Shown piece after piece: positions 20,950 through 30,842 of a DNA stretch of 64,000 nt. A program made the position numbers and the translations under genes. The notes under the pieces are model-generated. The model searched no databases. It was not told the DNA's origin and saw only the letters and a program-made list of their open reading frames with translations. The DNA comes from Hydrurus foetidus. Lineage: Eukaryota. The DNA lies in the NCBI GenBank assembly GCA_900617105.1, contig UYFQ01000001.1:4154001-4218000 (forward strand), given 5' to 3'. Position 1 is the stretch's first letter. The number at the start of each line of letters is the position of its first letter.

Positions 20950-21590
20950 GCCGACGGCTGTGGCGTTTTGGGTTTGAAGGCGCAGTAGCTGCTGACCGCG
21001 CATTCATAGCACTTGGGCTGGCGCGCCATGCACACGTAGCGGCCATGCAATATCAGCCAGTGGTGCGCGTCTACCAAGTACTCGGGCGCAATGCGTTTGA
21101 GCATTTTCAGCTCTACTGCCAGCGGCGTTTTACCTGGCGCCAAACCGGTTCGGTTGCCCATTCTGAAGATGTGTGTGTCGACTGCCATCGTCGCTTCGCC
21201 AAAGGCTGAGTTGAGCACGACATTGGCGGTTTTGCGGCCCACGCCGGGCAGCGCCTGAAGCGCCTCCCGCGAGCGCGGCACAATGCCGCTGTGCTGCTCG
21301 ACCAACATTTGGCAAGTTTGCAGCAGGTGCTTGGCTTTGCTGTGGAACAGCCCAATGGTTTTGATGTAGCCCTCAAGCCGCTTCAACCCCAAATCCCAAA
21401 TAGCCTGCGGCGTATTGGCCACTGCAAACAAGCGGCGGGTGGCCTTGTTCACGCTCACGTCAGTGGCTTGAGCAGACAGCAGCACAGCGGTCAGCAATTC
21501 AAACACGCTGGTATATTCAAGTTCAGTTACCGGCTGCGGGTTTGCCGCTTTGAGCGTCGCAAAAAACGGTGCAATATTTTCTTTTTTCAT
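20943..21590 (-). CDS. nth: Endonuclease III
   Basis: LLSAQATDVSVN, HhH LPGVGRKTANV, VDTH, C-x6-C-x2-C-x5-C. Confidence 0.97.
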   Translation of the reverse strand: MKKENIAPFFATLKAANPQPVTELEYTSVFELLTAVLLSAQATDVSVNKATRRLFAVANTPQAIWDLGLKRLEGYIKTIGLFHSKAKHLLQTCQMLVEQHSGIVPRSREALQALPGVGRKTANVVLNSAFGEATMAVDTHIFRMGNRTGLAPGKTPLAVELKMLKRIAPEYLVDAHHWLILHGRYVCMARQPKCYECAVSSYCAFKPKTPQPSAL

Positions 21591-21604
21591 AAAGTTATTT
21601 TTAC

Positions 21605-22813
21605 ATGTCTTTGCCCCCCAATCTGCCTGCTGCATTGAGTTTTGCATCGCGCTTGAACAACGTTGAAACCTCGGCTATCAGGGAGCTGTTCAAGTTGTTG
21701 GGCAAGCCCGGCATCATCAGCTTTGCCGGCGGCTTTCCTGACCCAGCGCTGTTTGACGTGGAAGGCATCCGCATGGCGTCTGAGCAGGTGCTTAGTGGCC
21801 ACCCCGGCGCAGTGCTGCAGTACGGCGCCACCGAAGGTTGGGGCCCGCTGCGTGAAGCGCTCAGCGGCTATCTTGCTGACAAAGGCATCACGGCCACGCC
21901 CGAGCAAATCATCACCACCACCGGCAGCCAGCAAGCGCTGGACCTGATTGGTAAAACCATTATCAACCCCGGCGACAAAGTAATTGTTGAGGGACCGACG
22001 TTTTTGGCCACCATTCAGTGCTTTCGGCTTTACGGCGCCGAGCTGGTCAGCGCGCCAATCGATTCCGATGGCGTGAAGGTCGATGAACTTGAGCGACTGA
22101 TCATTGAGCACAAGCCCAAGCTGGTGTACCTGATTCCTGCCTTTGGCAACCCGAGCGGTGCCTTGCTGAGCCTTGCGCGCCGCAAGCGTATTTTAGAGCT
22201 GGCCGTGCAACACCGCGTGCTGGTGGTTGAAGACGACCCGTACGGCGAGCTGTACTTTGGCGCACCGCCGCCGCCGAGCATGCTGGCCTTAAGCGAAAGC
22301 GTGCCGGGCTCGCGTGACTTCATTGCTTATTGCGGCTCGTTCAGCAAAGTGTTGTCACCCGGCCTGCGGGTGGGCTGGATGGTGGCGCAGCCGCAGCTGC
22401 TGGCCAACGCCGTGATGTGCAAACAGTTCAGCGACGCGCACACCAGTAACCTGACGCAAGCGATTGCCGCGCAGTACTTGGGCTTGAGACGAATGGATGC
22501 GGCACTTGATGTGGTGCGTAAAACCTACGCTGAACGCGCGCGAACCATGGCCACCAGCCTGCGCAGTGAGTTGGGTGGCGCAGTAACTTTTAACGCGCCA
22601 GAAGGCGGCATGTTTTTCTGGTCACGTTTGACAGCGCCCGACGCAGACGCCGCTGAATTCGCCAAACGCGCGATTGAAAAGCTGGTGGCCTTTGTGCCGG
22701 GGGCGCCGTTTTATGCAACCAGTGTTGATAAGGCAACCTTTCGCTTAAGCTTTGCGACAGCAGACACGGCCAAGATTATTGAAGGCGTACAGCGGCTTGG
22801 CAAGGCGCTGTAG
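21605..22813 (+). CDS. PLP-dependent aminotransferase class I/II (LysN/ARO8-like)
   Basis: SAIRELFK, ISFAGGFP, EDDPYGEL, GSFSKVLSPGLRVGW. Confidence 0.92.
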   Translation: MSLPPNLPAALSFASRLNNVETSAIRELFKLLGKPGIISFAGGFPDPALFDVEGIRMASEQVLSGHPGAVLQYGATEGWGPLREALSGYLADKGITATPEQIITTTGSQQALDLIGKTIINPGDKVIVEGPTFLATIQCFRLYGAELVSAPIDSDGVKVDELERLIIEHKPKLVYLIPAFGNPSGALLSLARRKRILELAVQHRVLVVEDDPYGELYFGAPPPPSMLALSESVPGSRDFIAYCGSFSKVLSPGLRVGWMVAQPQLLANAVMCKQFSDAHTSNLTQAIAAQYLGLRRMDAALDVVRKTYAERARTMATSLRSELGGAVTFNAPEGGMFFWSRLTAPDADAAEFAKRAIEKLVAFVPGAPFYATSVDKATFRLSFATADTAKIIEGVQRLGKAL

Positions 22814-22835
22814 CAGTCAATTTAATTTTTTAATC

Positions 22836-22876
22836 GCTACATAATCAGGAGCTGCTTGCGCCTGTATTTATTGGGC
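22836..22876 (-). repeat. 41-bp double-dyad repeat copy (intergenic)
   Basis: GCT-acataatcagg-AGC-tgcttgc-gcct-gtatttatt-gggc. Confidence 0.85.
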
Positions 22877-22902
22877 TACAGCTCGTTTTATTAAGTATTT
22901 AT

Positions 22903-23898
22903 ATGCAATACCGAACTCTGGGCAGCAGTAATCTAAAAGTCTCCACCTTGTGCCTGGGCACGATGATGTTTGGCGACCAGACCGACAAGCTTGAAGCGAC
23001 ACGCATCACGGCTGACGCGCATGCCAACGGCGTGAACTACATCGACACCGCTGACGTGTACACCAATGGCGCGTCTGAAGCTATTGTTGGTGAGCTGCTA
23101 AAAAACCAGCGTCACGACTGGGTGCTGGCCACCAAGCTGGGCAACGCGATGTCCAAGCGAGTCAACGAGGGCCACTATTCGCGCAGCTGGATGCTGCGTG
23201 AAATTGACGCCAGCTTGAAGCGCTTGCAAACCGACTACGTTGACGTGCTGTACCTGCACCGCGACTACAACGGCATGAACCTGGAAGAGCCGCTGCGCGC
23301 GTTAGATGCCATGCTGCGCGCCGGCAAAATTCGTTACTGGGGAGTGTCCAACTTTCGCGGCTGGCGCATAGCCGAGCTGATGCGACTTAGCGGACAGTTG
23401 GGCATGCCGGGCCCAGTGGTGTGCCAGCCGTATTACAACTTGCTCAACCGCATGCCTGAAGTTGAAATTTTGCCTGCCTGCCAGCACTACGGCATTGGCG
23501 TAACGCCGTACAGCCCGATTGCGCGCGGCGTGTTGACCGGCAAATATGCACCCGGCCAAATGCCAGATGCCAACAGCCGCGCAGGGCGCGGAGACAAGCG
23601 GATTATGGACACTGAATTCAGAGCTGAATCGCTCGCCATTGCCCAAACGCTGATGGCGCATGTGCAGCAGCGCGGATTGAGTCTGGCGCAATTTGCGTGC
23701 GCGTGGGTGTTGGCCAGCCGCGCAGTGACGTCGGTGATTGCGGGGCCGCGCACACTGGCGCAGTGGCTGGACTACCTTACAGCCGTTGACGCAATCATCA
23801 CGCCTGAAGACGAGGCGCTTATCGACAGTTTGGTCAAGCCTGGCCACCCTTCAACGGCTGGCTACACCGACCCGGCCTACCCTTTGAATCCGCGCTGA
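22903..23898 (+). CDS. Aldo/keto reductase
   Basis: LCLGTMMFG, DTADVY, LATK, GKIRYWGVSN, PYSPIARG. Confidence 0.93.
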   Translation: MQYRTLGSSNLKVSTLCLGTMMFGDQTDKLEATRITADAHANGVNYIDTADVYTNGASEAIVGELLKNQRHDWVLATKLGNAMSKRVNEGHYSRSWMLREIDASLKRLQTDYVDVLYLHRDYNGMNLEEPLRALDAMLRAGKIRYWGVSNFRGWRIAELMRLSGQLGMPGPVVCQPYYNLLNRMPEVEILPACQHYGIGVTPYSPIARGVLTGKYAPGQMPDANSRAGRGDKRIMDTEFRAESLAIAQTLMAHVQQRGLSLAQFACAWVLASRAVTSVIAGPRTLAQWLDYLTAVDAIITPEDEALIDSLVKPGHPSTAGYTDPAYPLNPR

Positions 23899-23998
23899 TT
23901 GCACGCTGACTGCACGCTGTTTCGGTGTCTCGTCAATTGCAGTGAGCTGGGCTGCACGCGCTTAAACTGAAATCACCATTTTTCAAGGAGAGTTCATC

Positions 23999-24637
23999 AT
24001 GATTACCCTTCACGGCTTTCCCGCCTCTAACTATTACAACAAGGTCAAGCTGGCGCTGCTAGAGAAAAATGTGCCGTTTACCGAGGCGACTGCGCACCCC
24101 ATGAAGCTCGACGCAGACGTGCTGGCGGCGTCACCGCTGGGCAAAATTCCGTTCATCACCACGCTGCAAGGCACGCTGTGTGAAAGCCAGGCGATTGTTG
24201 ACTACCTTGAAGCTGCGTACCCCACGCCTGCCTTGCTGCCAACTGACCCGTTCGCCGCAGCGAAGGTGCGCGAACTAACAACGTTTATTGACTTGCACCT
24301 GGAGCTGGTGGCGCGCGAGTTGTATGCCCAAGCTTTTTTCGGCGGCACAGTGAGCGACAGCGCCAAGGCCAGGGTTCGCAAGCAGCTCGACAAAAACATT
24401 GCAGCGTTTAAGCGGCTGGTTAAATTTGCGCCTTTTATTGCGGGCGACTCTTTTACGCAGGCCGACTGCGCGGCCTTTGCCAGCCTGCCCTTGGTGGGCA
24501 TGGCAACCAAAGCGATTTACTCAGAAGACGTGTTGATTTCTGCTGGGGTGGACTACAAGCCGTACATAAAAATGATTGGCGAGCGGCCTGCCGCACAGCG
24601 TGTGATGGCGGATCGCAAAGCCGCTGCGGCTGCCTGA
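23999..24637 (+). CDS. Glutathione S-transferase family protein
   Basis: SPLGKIP, LCESQAIVDYLE. Confidence 0.92.
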   Translation: MITLHGFPASNYYNKVKLALLEKNVPFTEATAHPMKLDADVLAASPLGKIPFITTLQGTLCESQAIVDYLEAAYPTPALLPTDPFAAAKVRELTTFIDLHLELVARELYAQAFFGGTVSDSAKARVRKQLDKNIAAFKRLVKFAPFIAGDSFTQADCAAFASLPLVGMATKAIYSEDVLISAGVDYKPYIKMIGERPAAQRVMADRKAAAAA

Positions 24638-24658
24638 AAGTTGGGAGGCAAAAATACT

Positions 24659-24699
24659 GCTATAAATACAGGAGCTGCTCGCGCCCGTATCTATTGGTA
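24659..24699 (-). repeat. 41-bp double-dyad repeat copy (intergenic)
   Basis: GCT-ataaatacagg-AGC-tgctcgc-gccc-gtatctatt-ggta. Confidence 0.85.
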
Positions 24700-24779
24700 T
24701 TTTCAAGCTATTGGCACTAAAATACAGCCTGAATGTGGTTTGTTTGCTGCTTGCGCGCTCTTAAAGCGTCAAGCCTCAA

Positions 24780-25379
24780 TCAGCTGCCCGTTATTTTGAG
24801 CACTGCCGCCACCCGCATGGCTGCGTAGGCATCGTTGGCGGCGTAAATCAGTTGCGCTTCGGTGAGCTGCGGGTTCGCCCAGTTTGAGGTGCTGGCTTTT
24901 TTCGACTTGATAAAGCGCTTGTTAAACAGCACCGCCACCGCGCCGCGCACGCCCATGTCTTTGCGGTAGCCTTGGTCACGAAACACGTTGTTTAAATCCA
25001 GCACGCCTTGCAGGTCAGCGCCCAGCTTGTAGGTAATGCGCTTTTTGTCATCACCCAAGCCAAATCCTGCTTTAATAATCTGCGGTGATTCCAGCAACAA
25101 ACCCACCACGCGTCGGCATTCGGGGTCTTCAAGCTGAAAAATCCACGCCTTGTCAAGCGTCGACAGCTGCACAATGTGCGGCCCGGTTGACGCTTCGTTT
25201 TTGGCAAAAGTCGGCTTTGATTCAGTGTCAAACCCCAGCACTGCACATGGGTGCAAGGCTTCATGCGCGGCTGTGGCCTGTGCGGCGGTGGTCACCAATT
25301 CAATTTGGTGCAAACTCAGGCGGTCAAAAGGCTCGAGCAGGTTGATCTGCTCTTTATCAGGTACGTATTTTTCAGTCAT
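24780..25379 (-). CDS. 3'-5' exonuclease (DEDDy, RNase D/WRN-like)
   Basis: GFDTESKP, SNW...YAANDA. Confidence 0.9.
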   Translation of the reverse strand: MTEKYVPDKEQINLLEPFDRLSLHQIELVTTAAQATAAHEALHPCAVLGFDTESKPTFAKNEASTGPHIVQLSTLDKAWIFQLEDPECRRVVGLLLESPQIIKAGFGLGDDKKRITYKLGADLQGVLDLNNVFRDQGYRKDMGVRGAVAVLFNKRFIKSKKASTSNWANPQLTEAQLIYAANDAYAAMRVAAVLKITGS

Positions 25380-25427
25380 GGGCGTAGTCGTGGCGTTAAG
25401 CCAGAATACCCCAGTTGGTTAACGCAA

Positions 25428-25799
25428 ATGAAAGTAGACCCCATGAAGTCCCGCCCCGCCGGTGGTTTGGTATACAGCACCGACGGTGGCCGCATGTGCC
25501 CCGCCTGCAGGCACGCTGTGGCTTTGTGCGTTTGCAAGCAAGCCAAGCCGGCTAAAACCGATGGCGTGGTTCGCGTATCGTTAGACAGCAAAGGCCGAGG
25601 CGGCAAAAGCGTGACGGTTATCAAAGGCGTGCCAGCAGACGCAGCCGCGCTTGCGCTGCTTGGCAAGCAGCTGCGCAGCGCCTGCGGCTCGGGCGGCACG
25701 ACCAAAGACGGCGTTATTGAAGTGCAGGGCGACCACTGCGCCGCGGTGGTGGCGGCGCTTGAAAAGCTCCAGTTCACGGTCAAGCGTGTAGGCGGATAG
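25428..25799 (+). CDS. yciH: SUI1-family translation factor
   Basis: LVYSTD, KGRGGKSVTVI, CGSGGT, IEVQGDH; start 25428 or 25443. Confidence 0.92.
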   Translation: MKVDPMKSRPAGGLVYSTDGGRMCPACRHAVALCVCKQAKPAKTDGVVRVSLDSKGRGGKSVTVIKGVPADAAALALLGKQLRSACGSGGTTKDGVIEVQGDHCAAVVAALEKLQFTVKRVGG

Positions 25800-25916
25800 C
25801 TCAAGTTAGCCCTTAGAATGAAAAAAGTCACCTTTAGGCTTATAAAATGAGACAAATTCTTACCAAAATCTGCGCAGAGTAGATGCGGCCTGCTTAGCGA
25901 AAGCGGGCGTCAAACT

Positions 25917-26699
25917 TTGCTTATTGAAAGGGTATTTGTGCAATATTTATCTTGGATCAGCTTGGCAGTCGTGTTGCTTTGCGGCGCTGCGCTGGGCGCA
26001 GGGGTGCTGCTGCTCTGGCAACAGCGCGGCGCAAAACAGGCGCTGAACTTGCCACACAAATGGCCGCTTCGCTCGCGTGTGTTGCTAACGAGCGAAGAAG
26101 CGCAAGGGTTTGACTGGCTGCGAGGCATCTTTCCTGATCATTTCGTGATGTGCAAGGTACCTGTCTTGCGGTTCACTGTGCCGATAAAAAGAGAACAAAA
26201 GAGCTTGGCACGGCGCTGGCAGGAGCTTTTACACGGCGTTTACTGCACGTTCACAGTCTGTACAAAAGACGGCACCGTGATTGGCTGTGTGGACGTGCAC
26301 GGCCGGCGTGGCCTGTCAACCACCAGTCGCGAACTTAAAGAGCGGCTGCTGGAAGACTGCGCAGTAACTTACATCACAGTGCGCCCCAACGCGCTGCCCA
26401 ATGCGGGCGTTGTTCGCGCGGCTTTTCTCGGTGAGACCAAAGAAAAAAGCGCAGTCGACGCCGCCACGCGAGGCGGCGACACCAATTTCAATGTCGAGCT
26501 GGTCACGTTTTCAGATGAAAAACGCCAAGCCGCTTTAAAAGAGCTGAATAAAAAATTCCCGCCCATGCCGAACGAAGCCGAGATTTTTAACCCGGAAGGC
26601 ACAGGTGCATTTGCAGCTGTCATGCGGGGTCGCGGCAAAGCCGCGGTTGACGATTCATTTGTTGCGCCGCTGGACAGCCACCGCGGCCGGCTCAGTTAA
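25917..26699 (+). CDS. Membrane-anchored DUF2726-like protein
   Basis: N-terminal TM, LLTSEE...VMCKV, FTVCTKDG..IGCVDV. Confidence 0.65.
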   Translation: MLIERVFVQYLSWISLAVVLLCGAALGAGVLLLWQQRGAKQALNLPHKWPLRSRVLLTSEEAQGFDWLRGIFPDHFVMCKVPVLRFTVPIKREQKSLARRWQELLHGVYCTFTVCTKDGTVIGCVDVHGRRGLSTTSRELKERLLEDCAVTYITVRPNALPNAGVVRAAFLGETKEKSAVDAATRGGDTNFNVELVTFSDEKRQAALKELNKKFPPMPNEAEIFNPEGTGAFAAVMRGRGKAAVDDSFVAPLDSHRGRLS

Positions 26700-26702
26700 G
26701 CC

Positions 26703-27326
26703 CTATGCGCTTGGCTTTTGGCTGCGATCTGCGGCAGCCATGGCGAGCTCCAGGCGATCGTTGCCGAAATACATATCGTCGCCAATAAAAAAGGTGGGCA
26801 CGCCAAATGCACCTCTGGCTATTGCCTCGTCTGTATTGGCTTTAAGTTGCGCTTTAATATCGGGCTGTGCAATACCGGCCATAAATAAGTCGGCGTCGAT
26901 GCCGCAATCGGTGCAAACGCGCACCAGCACTTCATCCAAAGAAATGTCTTGTTGCTTGGTAAAGTAAGCGGCGAACGTCGATTCAATAAAGTCGGGCAAT
27001 CGGTCTGCAGCCGGGTCGTTTTGCGCCACCCACAGGCAACCTCGCATGGCTTTTACGCTGTTAACGGGAAACACTTTTGGTGGAAATTCAACAGTGACAC
27101 CCGTTTGCCGCGCGCAGTCTTGCAAGTCTTTTAGCAAGTAACGGTTGCGGGGGGAATGCATGTCTTCGCGGCCTGCGTACATGCGCTGGTTCACGGTATT
27201 AAAAATGCCGCCTACCAGCACGGGCCGCCACGTGATGCTTATGTCGTAGCGTGCAGCCAGTGGCCCGAGATTGCGAAACGCCAAATAACTCCAGGGACTT
27301 GAGCAGTCAAAGAAAAATTCCATCAT
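26703..27326 (-). CDS. 2-hydroxychromene-2-carboxylate isomerase / DsbA-like (kappa GST)
   Basis: EFFFDCSSPWSYL, RGAFGVPTFF, YFGNDRL. Confidence 0.9.
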   Translation of the reverse strand: MMEFFFDCSSPWSYLAFRNLGPLAARYDISITWRPVLVGGIFNTVNQRMYAGREDMHSPRNRYLLKDLQDCARQTGVTVEFPPKVFPVNSVKAMRGCLWVAQNDPAADRLPDFIESTFAAYFTKQQDISLDEVLVRVCTDCGIDADLFMAGIAQPDIKAQLKANTDEAIARGAFGVPTFFIGDDMYFGNDRLELAMAAADRSQKPSA

Positions 27327-28057
27327 GACCGGCTGGGCGTGTCTAGCGAGCCAGCGCGCACGCTGTCGGCGGTTTGTCCGAAAAGGGCTTTGCGGGCTTC
27401 GTCTGTCAGCGCGGGCGCTCGCAGTTCTTTTCCCAAATCGAGCCCGCGCTTGACAGCGTGCCGTTCAAACAAACCGTCGTACCAACGCTCAACCTCTGGG
27501 AACCTGGCAAGGTCCACGTTTTGTGCCTTGTGGGTTCGCACCCATGGGAATATCGCCATGTCGGCGATGGAGTAGTCAGCGCCCGCAACGTAGGCCCGGG
27601 TAGCGGCAAGCTGAGTGTTTAGCACGCCGTACAAACGGTCAACTTCTTTGCCGTAGCGGTCTGTCGCATAGGGAATTTTTTCAGGAGCGTACAACAAAAA
27701 ATGCCCGTTTTGCCCCGCCATGGGCCCCAAGCCACCCATTTGCCACATCAGCCACTGCAGGACCCCGTAACGTGAGCGCATGTCGCTGGCCGGGGGTAAA
27801 AATTTGCCAGTTTTTTCAGCCAAATACTGCAAAATTGCGCCGCTTTCAAACACCGCAATAGGTGCCCCACCACCAATGGGTGCGTGATCAACAATAGCCG
27901 GCATGCGGTTGTTGGGGCTGATGGCTAAAAAGCCGGGCGCAAACTGCTCGCCCTTGCCGATGTTGACCGGAATAAAGTTAAACGGCAGCTCGCATTCCTC
28001 GAGCATGATCGAAATTTTCCAGCCGTTGGGTGTGGGCCAGTAGTACAGGTCAATCAT
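27323..28057 (-). CDS. Glutathione S-transferase (YfcG-like)
   Basis: MIDLYYWPTPNGWK, ISPNNRMPAIVD, FESGAIL, WQMGGLGPM. Confidence 0.92.
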   Translation of the reverse strand: MIDLYYWPTPNGWKISIMLEECELPFNFIPVNIGKGEQFAPGFLAISPNNRMPAIVDHAPIGGGAPIAVFESGAILQYLAEKTGKFLPPASDMRSRYGVLQWLMWQMGGLGPMAGQNGHFLLYAPEKIPYATDRYGKEVDRLYGVLNTQLAATRAYVAGADYSIADMAIFPWVRTHKAQNVDLARFPEVERWYDGLFERHAVKRGLDLGKELRAPALTDEARKALFGQTADSVRAGSLDTPSRS

Positions 28058-28116
28058 TCTGTGGCCTTTTTTTGGGGGGGTGGTGGCGTGCGGTTGCCAC
28101 GCCAACGCAATTGCTT

Positions 28117-28518
28117 TTATTCGAGGTCTTCCATCGCCAGCAAGTGGTACCGCTGGCCATAGCTGAAATGCACTTTGCGCACCTCTTGCATGACACGCTC
28201 GGCGACTTCGTCAGAGTCGGCTTTGATCATCAGCGCGCAGTTGCCTTGCCTGGCCAATTGAACATACTTGCGCACGGTTGCGCCCTCAGTGCCTACGGCT
28301 GGCAAATCAACTTCAGTGTCACCCTCGACCCGGCCAACTTCACGCAGCACGGTGGCCGGGCTGATGTGCATGACTTCAGGTTTGTCGCTCCATTTCTTCA
28401 GTGCGGCGGCGACCTGCTGGGCATCATTTTCAAGCGGAAACATGATGAACATGTAGCCTTTGGGGTAAAACGCACCGCCAAAAGTCAGCATATCTGGCGC
28501 TACTTTGAAGTCTGTCAT
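28117..28518 (-). CDS. Hypothetical protein
   Basis: 133-aa ORF from ATG 28518 with AAAGGA upstream; natural-looking composition. Confidence 0.75.
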   Translation of the reverse strand: MTDFKVAPDMLTFGGAFYPKGYMFIMFPLENDAQQVAAALKKWSDKPEVMHISPATVLREVGRVEGDTEVDLPAVGTEGATVRKYVQLARQGNCALMIKADSDEVAERVMQEVRKVHFSYGQRYHLLAMEDLE

Positions 28519-28674
28519 GAACGAAATCCTTTGAAGTTTTTTGAGGGGTGAACTAAACAAGCGAAACAGTTTGCGCGACCAAGTGTCTAGACATAACGGA
28601 TAAAAACCAGTGCCCATTCGCCTGATTATGCAGCATTTGCCTGGAGCAACATATTTGTAAGAATAGTGCTTTTT

Positions 28675-28715
28675 ATTCAATAAATACGGGCGCAAACAGC
28701 TACTAAAAAAATAGC
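28675..28715 (+). repeat. 41-bp double-dyad repeat copy (after tolA)
   Basis: attc-aataaatac-gggc-gcaaaca-GCT-actaaaaaaat-AGC. Confidence 0.8.
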
Positions 28716-28736
28716 AAAAATTAACTCTGGAGAGGT

Positions 28737-29633
28737 CTAGTCGCGCGGCCTGACCTCAAGAATCATCACCGGTGGTACGCGCCCATCGGTGTCGCGCGGC
28801 ATGGTTTCTGTTTTGACGATGGCTTTTATCACCGCTTCGTCCCACGCCTTGTTGCCGCTTGATTTCACCAGCCGCTGGCTGGTGATGGTGCCGTCAAGCG
28901 AGCTGCGCACTTCGACTTCTGCTTTTGGATTGCCGTCTATGGACTCAGTGAACACGATGTTTGGTTTTACCTTAGCGCGCACTTTGCCGCCATAGCCTGA
29001 TGAAGGGCCGCTAGCTACCTTGGCGGTACCGGTCGCGTTTTCATCACCAGTTGCGCCAGCCGTACCCATCATGCGGGCCAGATTGAGTTTGCGCTGCGCC
29101 TCAACCGCTGCTGCGCTCACCGCATTGGCGGTCGCAGTGGTGGCTTTGTTGGTAGCGGCGAGCTTGGCGGCCACTAACTTGGCTGCTTCAAGTCGTTTTG
29201 CTTCGTCTTTTTTGCTTTGCTCTTTTTCTGCTTTGGCGTCCATGGCGGCTTGGCGCTTATCTTGCGCTTCTTCTTGTTCGCGCTGTAATTTTTGCTGTGC
29301 CAACTTTCGCTTTTTTTCCTGCTCTACGGCGATGTCAACCTTCGGCGTGTCTTGCGTTTTGGGAGTCGTTTCTTGGGGCCGGGGCGACACGAGCGGTGCT
29401 GGTATTGGCGGCGCGGGCGCTGCAGCTGCTGGTAACGGCGGCGCTGCCTGCTGCACGGTGCTTGACCACAGCTCGGCTGAAAAGCTTGGCGATGAATCAC
29501 TTCGCTTCCAGCTCACGCCCCAAGTCAAGGCGGCGATAAGCAAAGCATGCACCAACACCGCCAAGCCGATGGCGCGCACCCTGCCTGAGCCTGGCGGTGG
29601 GCCAAAATCAATACGGTCGAGAGCGCTGGGCAT
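28737..29633 (-). CDS. tolA: Cell envelope integrity protein TolA
   Basis: TM with conserved His (LVHALL), K/A/E-rich helix, C-terminal SSGNKAWDEAV; follows tolQR. Confidence 0.9.
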   Translation of the reverse strand: MPSALDRIDFGPPPGSGRVRAIGLAVLVHALLIAALTWGVSWKRSDSSPSFSAELWSSTVQQAAPPLPAAAAPAPPIPAPLVSPRPQETTPKTQDTPKVDIAVEQEKKRKLAQQKLQREQEEAQDKRQAAMDAKAEKEQSKKDEAKRLEAAKLVAAKLAATNKATTATANAVSAAAVEAQRKLNLARMMGTAGATGDENATGTAKVASGPSSGYGGKVRAKVKPNIVFTESIDGNPKAEVEVRSSLDGTITSQRLVKSSGNKAWDEAVIKAIVKTETMPRDTDGRVPPVMILEVRPRD

Positions 29634-29670
29634 TGCGGGTGAATAAATACGGGTCGCCTAACTGGGCGAT

Positions 29671-30111
29671 TTACTTACCGGTTTGCACCGACAAACCCAC
29701 TCGCGCAACCCCTGCTTTTTGCAGGTTGTCCATCACTTTCACCACCGTTTCGTATTTGATGGATTTGTCAGCGCTGATCACCACGGGTGTCGCCTCCGTG
29801 CCTGCCGCACCGGCCTTGACGCCGGGCTGCAATTTGATGATGTCAGCCGCAATGCTATTCACGTTGCTGGTGGTCGTATTGTTTTTTATTTTGATCTGCA
29901 CTGCATCGTCTTTACTGATCAAAATTTGAACCGGGCTGGGTGGTTGCGCAGCTGCTTTGCCGACCTTGGGCAAGGCTATCGTGCTGGGCGTGATGAGCGG
30001 CGCTGTAACCATGAAAATAATCAACAGCACCAGCATCACGTCGATAAACGGCACCATGTTGATTTCGCTGATCGTGCGGCGGCCTCGGCCGCGGGAGTTT
30101 ATGGCGGGCAT
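29671..30111 (-). CDS. tolR: TolR/ExbD
   Basis: EINMVPFIDVMLVLLIIFMVTAP. Confidence 0.93.
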   Translation of the reverse strand: MPAINSRGRGRRTISEINMVPFIDVMLVLLIIFMVTAPLITPSTIALPKVGKAAAQPPSPVQILISKDDAVQIKIKNNTTTSNVNSIAADIIKLQPGVKAGAAGTEATPVVISADKSIKYETVVKVMDNLQKAGVARVGLSVQTGK

Positions 30112-30139
30112 TGGTTACTCCGCGGCTGGCCTGATGTTT

Positions 30140-30832
30140 TCATTTGCCCGATGGCGACTGCGCGCCAAGGTTGCGCTGCAAAATATTTGAAAACTCTTCA
30201 ATAAAAGTTTCAAGTTTGTTCGCAATGCGGTCAATGTCGTGCGCAAACCGGTTGTAAGCCACCACCGCGGGGATGGCGGCGAACAAGCCAATCGCTGTCG
30301 CCACCAGTGCCTCTGCAATGCCGGGCGCCACGGTAGCAAGGGTGACTTGCTCCAGCGCCGCCAAGCCGGTAAACGCATGCATGATGCCCCACACTGTGCC
30401 AAACAAGCCCACGTAAGGCGACACCGAGCCAACGGTAGCTAAAAACGACAGGTTGGACTCAATGGCGTCAAGTTCGCGCTGGTAACTTGCGCGCATGGCG
30501 CGGCGCGCGCCGTCTAGTAGCGTGCCGGGGTCAAGAATGCGGCGTTCGCGGAGTTTTTGATATTCGCGCATGCCGCTGGCAAAAATACGCTCCATTGGGC
30601 CGGAGTATTTGGCGTTTTGTGCGGCACTGGCAGACAAGTCATTCAAGCTGGTGCCAGACCAAAACTCACGGTCAAACTCTTCGTTGAGCTGCTGCACTTT
30701 TTTAAGCGCCACGAGTTTTCTAAAAATGGCAGCCCAGCTGGCAATCGACACACCTACCAACAGCGCGACCACGGCTTGTACGACCCAGCTGGCATTGAGC
30801 AGCAGGCTAACAATAGACAAGTCTTGGTTCAT
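30140..30832 (-). CDS. tolQ: TolQ
   Basis: SPYVGLFGTVWGIM, VAPGIAEALVATAIGLFAAIPA. Confidence 0.95.
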   Translation of the reverse strand: MNQDLSIVSLLLNASWVVQAVVALLVGVSIASWAAIFRKLVALKKVQQLNEEFDREFWSGTSLNDLSASAAQNAKYSGPMERIFASGMREYQKLRERRILDPGTLLDGARRAMRASYQRELDAIESNLSFLATVGSVSPYVGLFGTVWGIMHAFTGLAALEQVTLATVAPGIAEALVATAIGLFAAIPAVVAYNRFAHDIDRIANKLETFIEEFSNILQRNLGAQSPSGK

Positions 30833-30842
30833 GCGGGTAACC

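Noticed and set aside
29640..29660. Partial copy of the 41-bp motif between tolR and tolA (gaataaatacggg)
   Set aside because: Only the left spacer matches; the GCT-N11-AGC dyad is missing, so it was not counted
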